Assembly: GCF_006345805.1 (NCBI RefSeq) | Contig: NC_043009.1 | Location: 1,984,001-2,048,000 of the forward strand | DNA: 64,000 bases | Direction of reading: 5' to 3' | Origin: Octopus sinensis | Taxonomy: Eukaryota | In this document: piece by piece, positions 53,171 to 64,000 of the stretch | Numbering within the stretch: the stretch's first letter is position 1 | Layout: every line of letters starts with the position of its first letter | Notes under the pieces: model-generated | What the model saw: only the letters and a program-made list of their open reading frames with translations | Databases searched by the model: none | Told to the model about the DNA's origin: nothing | Position numbers and translations under genes: made by a program

Positions 53171-54330
53171 CACACACACGATTTTCTATTTTTCAGCCTT
53201 TATTTGCATTATCAGCCTTCGTCAAAGTATGTTGCTGTGGGCAGCGAATTACTAAAAGCATTTCATTCTTGCTTTCCCTGTATATAACCTACGGAGTCTT
53301 AGATCACCTAGGCTTTATATTGGTAAAGTGAAATTCGGAGCCGCCTTAAAGCCTCTGCGGAAATTGCTTATATAAATTGAGTTGAGTCAGTGTAATGCTT
53401 ACATGCATGCCCCACCCCGTTCTTATATATTCTGTTATCCCAGAAAGTGTTGTTTTTACTGGTCTGTTGTGTAGTGTATGTCATTTATAAGGATAATGCT
53501 CACACCACATGTAAGAAAACGGCGTAAATCTGGCGGGATTGTGCTTACCCTTACAAACCGCATGTTAAATTCTTTATTCTCATATTATTCTCTTAACGTG
53601 TATGCATGTATTTATGTGTGTATGCACATAATGTATATACATACATATATATATATGTATATATATATATTTATATATATATATGTATAAATATATATAT
53701 ATGCATTATATATATGCATATATGTATGTATCCTTTATTCTGTTATGTACCCTTTGATACGTATATACGTATACACACACACACATATATATATGCATAT
53801 ATATATATATATAAATGTATATATATATATATATATTTATACACAAAGGAATACACCCAGACACAGACACAAACACATCATATAGGTATGTATAATGCAC
53901 AAATTCTTAGCCAAACAGAGACATACACATATGATTATATGCTCTCTCTCTCTCCATATATATAATTATATATAAAAATTTAGCAATTAAGGACAACTAC
54001 TTAATAAGGAAAACTTAACAAGAAATTGTCAGGTAGATAGCGTAAAAACCTCATAAGAGAAAAAATTTCGAAAATAATTATTTCTTATTGAACATATTAA
54101 TTTATATATAGAGGGCATTATACATACATGCCAGGAGGCATTCTACATACACGCCATACGCTAAGAGGGACAATCAGTCATTTCTACCAAAAATATTACT
54201 AATCCCACCGAATGCAATTTTTCAAAGAAAGATATAGTATATATAAACCCACCCATGTGCTTCGTTGATGTTGATCAGTTAGCTGCTCGGCTTAAGCGAA
54301 GCAGGGTCGTTGTTTATTTATAGTATATTC

Positions 54331-54378
54331 AGGCCTGCTGATGATTACGTAAGTATGAAATCACTGTGATACAGGTCT
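54331..54378 (+). ncRNA. Type I hammerhead ribozyme, copy 1
   Basis: aggcctg-CTGATGA-t-tac(gtaa)gta-t-GAAA-tcac(t)gtga-TA-caggtct; 7-bp stem I, GNRA-capped stem II, 5-bp stem III with a 1-nt loop, AUA triplet, predicted cleavage after A54371. Confidence 0.85.
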
Positions 54379-54812
54379 ATATATTTTTAAATGTCTTTCT
54401 TTGAAAAAATTGCAATTCGGTGGGATTAGTAATATTTTTGGTAGAAATGACTGATTGTCCCTCTTAGCGTATGGCGTGTTGTAGAATGCCTCCTGGCATG
54501 TATGTATAATGCCCTCTATATATAAATTAATATGTTCAATAAGAAATAAATTATTTTCGAAATTTTTTCTCTTATGAGGTTTTACGTATCTACCTGACCA
54601 TTTTTGTTAAGTTTTCCTTATTAAGTAGTTGTCCTTAATTGCTAAATTTTTATTCCGAAAAAAACTTTTCCTCTCCCGAAATGCAATTCGTAAAAGTTTG
54701 CCATTCATCCGGATATAGTATATATAAACCCACCCATGTGCTTCGTTGATGTTGATTCAGTTAGCTGGTCGGCTTAAGCGAAGCGGGGTCGTTGTTTATT
54801 TATAGTATATTC

Positions 54813-54860
54813 AGGCCTGCTGATGATTACGTAAGTATGAAATCACTGTGATACAGGTCT
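54813..54860 (+). ncRNA. Type I hammerhead ribozyme, copy 2 (identical to copy 1)
   Basis: Same 48-nt sequence; predicted cleavage after A54853. Confidence 0.85.
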
Positions 54861-55002
54861 ATATATTTTTAAATGTCTTCTTTGAAAAATTGCATTCGGT
54901 GGGATTAGTAATATTTTTGGTAGAAATGACTGATTGTCCCTCTTAGCGTATGGCGTGTATGTAGAATGCCTCCTGGCATGTATGTATAATGCCCTCTATA
55001 TA

Positions 55003-55046
<44 letters not shown>

Positions 55047-55149
55047 TATATATATATATAGTTATATACATATTCCCTTGTATATACGTATGTTTGCATA
55101 TATCTATATTTAAACTGTGAGTTTGCCTCTGTGTGTATATGTGTATGTT

Positions 55150-55181
55150 TGCGTGTTTCTGTTTATCTATCTATCTATCTC

Positions 55182-55256
<75 letters not shown>

Positions 55257-55277
55257 GTCTATCTATCTATCTCTCTC

Positions 55278-55350
<73 letters not shown>

Positions 55351-55354
55351 TTAT

Positions 55355-55401
<47 letters not shown>

Positions 55402-55405
55402 CCTG
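55150..55405. repeat. (TATC)n microsatellite
   Basis: Directly visible. Confidence 0.95.
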
Positions 55406-57339
55406 TCTACCTCCATATTTGTATTCATAAATATATATTCATTGACACACACGTACATCCATATAAATTTAAGCTAATGTTAAGCTATAAACGCTGTCCG
55501 CTTTAACCTCCTGAATATATCGCGCACTATGCATTTCAAAAGCACCAACCTCTCCATGGCCCTCCATACCAAGGTTTTAATGGATATTTTAAAAAGTGTG
55601 AACGATGATATTTTATAGTCAATGGATATTTCCATCATCTGTGGGGTTCGCATCAGTTGGGTGAATGCATACAGAATTTCTTCTGTGTAAGTTTCAAATT
55701 TATACGAAGTCATAATGTTGAGGGTTCAAATCCCATCCCGGCGATGCATTTTGAGTGAGCAGCGCACTACCTTCCACATTTCTCTGGTCTATTCACCTGA
55801 AAATGAATACCATCCGATTATTGGTGCCATGTGTCTCCCTCTGATTGTCACACTTTGGCTTAGAATATACCACAGTTTAAAAGTGTCGGAGAGTCGAGAG
55901 TGTCTCTATATCTACTCGTGGCTACACAGGCCCCTACAATAATTTGCAATATATCACGTGATACTCTTTCGCTGGTGACGGCTGACTCTTTTTATTTACT
56001 AAGGCACAAAGGACGAAAGAAAAACAAAAGAAAATTGACGCTTGCGAAATTTGATCTCACAACGTAAAATTATATACCGTGGTACTACAAAGTACTTTTG
56101 CCCGGCAATCTACTAATTAGGCTATTAAACACTTACAGTTTTATTGCGATATTGAAAGCTAAGCCTAAAACCTTTTGAATCTGTTTACTTAAAAAATGTG
56201 CGTAAACATAATGATGTTTGATGTGTTATATTGTAATTTATTTCTATAAGGGAACAAAATGAATGGATATTTGAAGAAGAATAGTTTCTGATGTAGACAA
56301 GGGATTTATTATTCGACAAACATAAAAACGCCACGCCTACACCTACACGTGCAAAAACGCATCCGCACACATTAACACTCACACAGATGTACTTTTTCTT
56401 TGGCATAATGTTTTACACTTTGATGCTCCATCAATAATTTCGTACCAGTAGGTCATCATTATTGTTGCACTTTTCCCCCGAGGGCCTGTTACCTATTTTC
56501 CATAGCTCGATGAACTACACATATATATTACAGAAAGCATTTCAATACCGCCCTAGAAATTAACAGAAGCCAGTCAAGCGTCAATACATAGTTAAGTGGC
56601 TCATGTTAGCGAGCTGAGGATCAATGCGAGATTATTTTTGAATTGCGAGAATCATTCGGAGATTCTGTACATGGATGAATTTTCTTTGTTTTTAGAGTAA
56701 ACACTTGAGGGCTGAGGGTACTACTCTACTCCGTCTCCGAACTCAGGAATCGATGTTTCATCAGGCGGTGGAGCAACTCATAGATGTTTCAGTCCCTGCC
56801 ACCGTTCCTTTCACCAGAGCTGCTCGGGGTTGGCCACCGATGTAGACGACAAACTTTCGCACGACAACACGAGTTTTTCGGGTCAGATTTTGTCACTCTG
56901 GGCCAGATGTTTCTATTCGCCTCAGTGTTCAATATCGGTGTACCCGCCACTCGTCCTCGCGATTCACGGGATCATAGTTTTTGATTTTTTAATCAGGACT
57001 TAGGACAATGCTCATGATCCATAACAGTGCCTCCGAAACTGGTGGGAACGAAGGATAGGGGAAGGGATTTTTCTTCAAATTAGATACTTGGCCTGAATGT
57101 TAGCAATACAGGGGACTCCACTAAAGGTACCCAATGCGCCAGACGATGATGGAAATGAATGCGAAAAATGGACACACGTTAATTTCTCTCTCCCCCAAGA
57201 GGGCCATAGTGGTATTTGAGTTCAGAAGGCAAAAATCCGTAATAAGTACTGAAAAAGTATCAAGTCAAATATTCCCAACGGTTCGACCAATCTGCCACCC
57301 TGGGGCAGTACTTTTTCGAATTGATTCCTACATAAAGAA

Positions 57340-57344
57340 AGGTT

Positions 57345-57401
<57 letters not shown>

Positions 57402-57439
57402 TGTATATATACACAAGCACATATATATATATATATATA

Positions 57440-57480
<41 letters not shown>

Positions 57481-57781
57481 TACATACATATATACACACA
57501 TATATATACATGTATAGATATAGGCACATCATCAATATATCTGTGTGTGTATCTGTCTGTCTATCTGTCTATCGATTTATGTAGGCATGTATGTTGTAAA
57601 TTTACATATAAGCAGACATTTTATACTGAATGTATATACCTGTATATAGATAACTCTACGATATATACGTATATATATATATATATATAGATATATATAT
57701 ATACACATACATACATACATATATATTATATATATATATATATTATACATATATATATATATATAATATACACATATATAC

Positions 57782-57827
<46 letters not shown>

Positions 57828-57950
57828 TATATGCATATATATATATACACAAAATATATATATATATAATATATTTATATACATATATACATATATTATA
57901 TACATATAATATATCTATATACATATATACATATATATATAAATACATAC
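57340..57950. repeat. Degenerate (TA)n/(TACA)n microsatellite
   Basis: Directly visible. Confidence 0.95.
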
Positions 57951-59108
57951 GTTGAACACAAGTGGATTTCAATCCAGAGTGTAGTGAGGCGGAAAAAATC
58001 CGCAAGGAATTCTATATTTCTAAATCGACACTGAAAAAAAAAACGCACAAAAAATGTCGGTTTCAAAAGTTCTTCTCGAGTCATAGGATCACGTGGCCGC
58101 TTGCCCGGATTATATACGCCCCACTGAATGGGAAGATGGTCTCTCGCAGGATTACTTGTTTTTGTCACTTAATTGGATAGGGTCAACGAGAAATGAAATG
58201 TTTTGGTCAAAAACCCAACGCAACTCCGTGTCCAGGAATCGAAACAAGAAACTTACAACCATCTGTCCAACGCCCTTAATAACTAGATCATGCACCAACA
58301 CGTTCAAACACTAGTGGACATATTACACTACAATAATACATCTCAGATAAATGCAATGGAAATGGAGGAAAACTAAAATTGTTAATTTTCGTTTATAACA
58401 GGTAATGATGATATGTATAACGAACTGCACCAAACACAACTCAATCTCTTAAGCGAGTTATAAGTCTTTCTAATTTTGATAAACGGCTAGCAGTTTTTAG
58501 GGCGAGAGGAGGGTAGCCAATTACATCGATCAGAGTGCTTGATTGGACTTTATTGCATTGTCCCCCAAAGGGGGAAAAGCGTGGTTGTACTCGGTGGTAT
58601 ATCAACTGAAAACCAGATAAAAAAATCCTCGGTGATATTTCAACTCAGAGTCGAAATAAAAAAAACTGCTAAGCTTTTTGATGAACAGATTAAAGCTTTG
58701 GCCAAGGAGAACGAGTAAGGAATCAAGTCCAACAAATAAAGCCTAACCAGTGAAGGACAACGATCATCAATCTTTCAATCGTTCATCGGAAACTGATCGA
58801 TGCCGATACATTCAACGTACTCTCAAACAAGTCTGTTTAGAACAATATGGTTACTTGACGCACTAAGCATTCCTCAAATAACTCACTGAATTCTTTAAAA
58901 TAGAATGATTTACACGTAAAGGATAACATGGTGCATGTTGTGGTAAAAGGAAGTAATGAGGTACTCAGGAATGAATAGTCTTTGATCAATGTTTGGTCGA
59001 TAAGGCGGGGCTCCAGCATGGTTGCAGTCTAATGACTGAAACAGGTAAAAGATACATGCATTCATCGACACACATACACACACAAATATATACAACACAC
59101 ACACACAC

Positions 59109-59164
<56 letters not shown>

Positions 59165-60776
59165 AATGTAAGTATACACAGATGTTGGAATATGCATATG
59201 CGTATGTATATAACCATGTGTATAACACACACACACACACACAATTCTTTATCTTAATTACATATTGTTGCCGAAAATGATTGACTGAACGGTAATGGCG
59301 CTAACGTTTTTGATCAAAGAATTGCTAAACGAGTACAGACTTTGGTGCAAACATCACGGCTAAACACACACATAGATACACATAAACAGATGCAAAAGAA
59401 AAAAACGCACACATACACACACACATACATGGGCCAACGCACTGCTGGAAATAGTAGCCAAAACTACATTAAACGAGACCCTGGCATTTTCAATGGAAAA
59501 TGGCACATTACCAAATATCGCATAATCACACCTTGAAATTCTTTGTCCCCAGATTAAACCACAACGAAAATAAGAAGAACCGCTGCGTACTACTAGGACT
59601 CCCATAATTATTTGAGCAATGACCAAAAATGTTCTTGCGACATTTAATTTATAACTTTCAGTTCTGTCTTTTCAAATATTGTCGAAATCAATTATGTCTT
59701 GCTTTTTTCTTTCGCTTGAAATCGATAAAATAAACTACTAGTAACTATTGAAGTTACTGGAGTCGATTTGATCGACGAAAACTTTGTTAATTTTTCAGAA
59801 ACTATCTTATCTATTCATTTGTAGATTATCACAAATAATATCGGTTCGTTATACAGATGCGAATCTGTAATTTTTGAGTTCAAATTTTCCTGAAGTCACC
59901 CTTGGCGTTTATCTTTCAAGTGTCTATTAAATAATGTACCAGTGATACAGAAGGGTTGACTCCATCGATTTAAGAAAGTCTCTATCCTCGAAAGTTCTTA
60001 GCTTATGAATTTCTATAGCTTTAATCGGCTATGTCCTTCTTAGACAAAAAATTCTTGCCTTGTGCCACTGTTAAAAAAAAAATCAATATTATTCTTTCAT
60101 TTACGAAAACAAATTTGTTGTCAGATGATTTTTAAAACAAATGAATAAAAAAATGGCAGAAAAAAAGTTTTTCTTTTTGTTTTTCGTTTCAATTTCGATC
60201 TTGTGAGAATTCTGAAGGTTAAGTGAATCATTTATTTTGTAACTCATTCGTATTAATGTCAAGAAAGGTATGTTTCAAGGAGAGACTTGAAACTGATAGC
60301 AAAGATCTTTAATAGAAGATTTCTGTGAGAGAAGCAATAAAAAATATAGAAAAAAATTGCTGACTTATAAAACAGAAGAAAAGAAAAAAAAGAAAGAAAA
60401 AATCAAAATTGTAGACTTTTTTTTTCAAATTTATTAATTTTTTTTTCAATTTTAGCGTTAATTATTCTCTCTGCTATTTCACACTTTTACTGGTTTCAAT
60501 TATTGGACTGCGGACATACTGGAGCACTACCTCTAAGGATTTAGGCAATCTTGTTCGTCTGGCAGTTATTATAACGGTACTGTTTGTCGAACCGCCGTGT
60601 TAAAACGACGTAAACACACATAAGGAAACATAAACAAAGGAAACGACGAAGGCTCACAGCCCCAAATACACACGTTACACATATACACAAAAACATATAG
60701 ACATACAAGCACAGATAAATAATTATATATGTATATACATATGGAGATGTACTTTCATAGCAAGTGACTTGTTGTT

Positions 60777-60826
<50 letters not shown>

Positions 60827-60839
60827 ATTTATATGTATG

Positions 60840-61306
60840 CAGGGGTTGGACAAAATAACGGAAACACCTTAAAATTTCAGACAAATATATTTTAATATGG
60901 GGTAGGACCGCCTTTGGATGTAGTACTCCTACACAGTTTCAATTGTTTCCTAAGGAATTTTTGTCCATTCTTCAGCTAAAACAGTCTCCAGTTCTTGTAG
61001 TGATGATGGTGGAGGATATCAACTCCTTACCTGTTTTTCTAAAATGCATCATAAATGTTTAATAATATTGAGATCTGGGGACTTTGGTGGTCAGATAAGA
61101 TGTTCAACTTTACTAGAATGTTCCTCGTGTGAATTGCTGCTTTATCATCCTGAAAGATAGCGTTTCCATCCGGAAACAGTTCTGCAACCATAGGATGAAT
61201 TTGATGAGATAAAATGCTTAAATAGACTTGATTATTAATTCTACCCCTGAAGGGAAACCACTGTGCCGGCGGATCTTCAAGATATAGCCACCCAGATCAT
61301 CATCAT
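60840..61306 (-). mobile_element. Tc1/mariner transposase 3' remnant with one terminal inverted repeat
   Basis: TIR CAGGGGTTGGACAAAATAACGGAAACACC at 60840. The minus strand encodes GRINNQVYLSILSHQIHPMVAELFPDGNAIFQDDKAAIHT and, after a deletion/frameshift, PPKSPDLNIIKHL*CILEKQVRS*YPPPSSLQELETVLAEEWTKIP. Confidence 0.9.
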
Positions 61307-62103
61307 AGCGGGCATGGTTTGCGAAGAAGCAGTTCCTTTCTCTTGGCGTTCAAACTTGTTTTAATCTGGTGCCACAAATGCCACGAGTCCAGTAGTTATC
61401 AGGATGCAGGTTTGGTTGGCTCGAAGACACCCACCAAGGCTCCATGCAGTGCTGCTATCGAATTCGAAACCACATGTTTGTGAAAAGAAGTCAAGACTTC
61501 ACTTATAGATTTAAATCTATTCAGCATAATCTCTTATATTTTTGTTCTTTTACTTTTAATATTAGTACCAGTTGTTCATTCGGGTTAATACAACCGATTA
61601 GACATCTCTCTTAAAATTTCGGGAATTGTGCTTAAATTTAAAAAAAATTAAAATTTAGTAAAGATATTTCGAAACACTATTTTTTTTTCATATTAATAAA
61701 AGCAATGAATCCAAAAATTAAAAACAAGATAACCAACAATATTTAATAGTTTTAGAAATAAATGTGAGAAAGAAAAAATAATTTCCATATTTTTTTTCTT
61801 TAATGATTGATTGACAAAATTTCATTAGTTTTTATTTCTTTAATGGAGCAGATTTTGAAAAATGGATTTAGGTAGGAAGGGAGATAATCGAGAGAAGGAT
61901 ATAAATGTGCTCACGTTTACAAATATACAAATACATACACATATCAAGTTACATTTACACACGCATGTACACATATATACACCTGCGCATACACATCAAG
62001 AGAAATTAAGAAACTAACTACAATACTTTTGAAACCAGAGGGCAGATTGTATAATCGACGTAATTCGCTGTACACAGACACACACAACACACACACACAT
62101 CCC

Positions 62104-62158
<55 letters not shown>

Positions 62159-62199
62159 TCCAGGCATGACGAGTAATTGGCAGAGTCGTTATTCTTCTC

Positions 62200-62870
62200 G
62201 GAGAGAGTGAGATAGAGTGAGATAGGCGGAGATAGAGTGAGATTGGCGGAGTTTGCCGGAGATTGGTGAAGTTTTCCGGAGATTGGCGGAGTTTGCCGAA
62301 GATTGCCGGAGTTTGCCGGAGATTGCTGGAGTTTGCCGGAGTTTGCCGGAGATAGCCTGAGATACCCGGAGATTGCCGGAGATAGAGTGAGATAGGCGGA
62401 GAGAGGCGGAGATAGAGTGAAATAGGCGGAGATAGGCGGTGATGGGCTGAGATTGAAGAGATTGCCGGAGTAGAGGGAATAGCATTTTGGGAGATTTCCC
62501 AATAATGCTCGGTGTTAAAACACCTGGGAGAGAGGGAGAGAGTGAGATGGGCGGAGATTGGCGTAGATGGGCGAGAATGGCGGAGATTGGCGGAGATAGG
62601 CGGAGATTGGCGGAGATACGCGGAGATAGGCGGTGATAGGCGGAATAGCATTTTAGGAGATTTCCCGATAATGCTGGTTGTTAAAACACCTGGGAGAGAG
62701 TGAGATAGGCGGAGATAAAGTGAGATTAGTGGAGATAGGCGGAGATAGAGTGAGATTGGCGGAGTTTGCCGGAGATTGCCGGGGATTGCCGGAGATTGCC
62801 GGAGTTTGCCGGAGTTTGCCGGAGTTTGCCGGAGATTGCCGGAGTTTACCAGAGATTGTCGGAGATTGAT
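62200..62870. repeat. GC-rich 10-bp minisatellite with higher-order structure
   Basis: Decamer variants GATTGGCGGA/GATAGGCGGA/GTTTGCCGGA/GATAGAGTGA, interrupted twice (~62472-62535, ~62643-62700) by the same ~60-bp cassette. Confidence 0.9.
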
Positions 62871-62992
62871 GAAGTCGAATTTACCTTACATCCTATTAGG
62901 CAAGTCGATACAAATGTATCAGTTAGAGGAGTGGGTTGATAAAATTGTTACAAATTTTTAGATTCGGCCCTGTGCATTCCTATAATAATAAT

Positions 62993-63033
<41 letters not shown>

Positions 63034-63662
63034 TAATAATAATAATAATAACAATAATGATAATAATAATAATAAAAACCGGTGACATCTTTATCAGGAG
63101 ATGCGACTGATAAATATTACCAATAATATGATAATTGATGGAAACCCACTAACCTCGGTTCGCTCGGAAGATCGACAGCTCCCACCCCTCAGACCAAAGA
63201 AATCAACATGTCTGCTTTGATTAAAAATACACAGTCATCAGGTCTTGTCAGTTAGGTCTATCTTTATTACTGCTTGGAAACAGAAGTAATAAATCTTCAA
63301 TGTTAGTTTAAGCAGACATTGTACTTTCTATTGTACACTGCCGCCTTAATGACTTATTATATCAGTTTAATCTTGCTCAACCCATTCCTTACACAGTTGT
63401 CTTTTAGGAACCATAATAGATTGGTTAAGTGTGTTTATGCTAACACTTTTAAGGACTATTGGCGTTTCTTATTGGAAATAACCAATGAAAATCTGTGTTG
63501 AAATAAGTGTGGACCTTTAATGATTGCTCGGAATGTTATACTTGTTGTCTGAACAGTACTTGAAAGCAATGCTTATTGTTGCTGTTGTTAATGTTTAACC
63601 CTAGGACACCATCATCATGAAGAAAACCTGTGATGAAAGATAATAATAGCGAACTTATTGCA

Positions 63663-64000
63663 AGCAGTGTTCAGGTGCGGTACAATAGTGGTGAGGTGCA
63701 CTACAAGGGTGTTCAGATGCAGTGCATCAATGCTCAGGTGCATTACAACAGTGCTCAGATGCAGTGCAACAGTGGTCAGGTGCAGTACATAAGTGCTCAA
63801 GTGCTCTACAACAATGTTCAGGTGCAATTTAACAGCGCTCAGATGTTGCACAGTAGTGCTCAGGTGCACTATAACAGTGCTCAAGTGTTCTACAACAATG
63901 CGCAGGTGCATTACAACAGCGATCAGATGCAGCACAAAAATGATCAGGCGCATTAAAACAGTACTCAGATGCAGTACAGCAGTGCTGAGGTGCACTATAA
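63663..64000. repeat. 21-bp tandem repeat, 16 units, no indels, running off the window
   Basis: Consensus AACAGTGCTCAGGTGCACTAC; plus-strand frame gives NSAQVHY heptads, the in-register minus frame gives HLSTVxV heptads. Confidence 0.95.

Larger units (their letters stand above)
53972..55005 (+). mobile_element. Retrozyme-like / PLE terminal-repeat cassette, A'-B-A-C-B-A(partial)
   Basis: Inverted arms 53972-54232 / 54394-54653; direct repeat 54231-54525 / 54712-55005; (TA)n on both flanks; each B segment carries an identical hammerhead. Confidence 0.9.

Noticed and set aside
61944-62961. RLSPPIS / AEIGGD repeat ORFs
   Set aside because: The unit is 10 bp, so frames rotate; openness follows from the GC-rich repeat.
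62200-64000. CRISPR-like repeat-spacer array
   Set aside because: Eukaryotic context, no unique spacers, no cas genes.

Overview
AT-rich, microsatellite-dense eukaryotic DNA that is mostly intronic or intergenic. The repeat families resemble those of octopus genomes; the taxon is my inference, not shown directly. I recognise no complete protein-coding gene. Most long ORFs in the track are translations of microsatellites (TA, CA, TATC, AAT, GGT/AGT) and are rejected. The window holds: many copies of at least three tRNA-headed SINE families; decayed Penelope-like retroelement (PLE) RT/GIY-YIG fragments (~7.9-11.8 kb, 23.5-25.0 kb); two RTE LINE fragments; a Ty3/Gypsy integrase C-terminus with PPT/LTR remnant; a Tc1 transposase remnant; a non-autonomous Helitron; and two minisatellites at the right end. 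The main signal is a dense set of type I hammerhead ribozyme (HHR) motifs: 8 near-complete and about 7 half or relic copies from at least five unrelated sequence families. Most have palindromic or 1-nt-loop stem III and lie in inverted/tandem cassettes next to (TA)n. The best cases are (i) two identical intact HHRs 482 nt apart, the first in the loop of a 260-bp-arm inverted repeat (53972-55005, retrozyme-like); (ii) a tRNA-headed SINE with an HHR tail (43482-43870); and (iii) an HHR whose stem II is reduced to 4 nt, inside a 58-bp inverted repeat (40162-40553). A few weak candidate minus-strand exons are also reported. All structure and homology calls were made by eye and most repeat boundaries are approximate.
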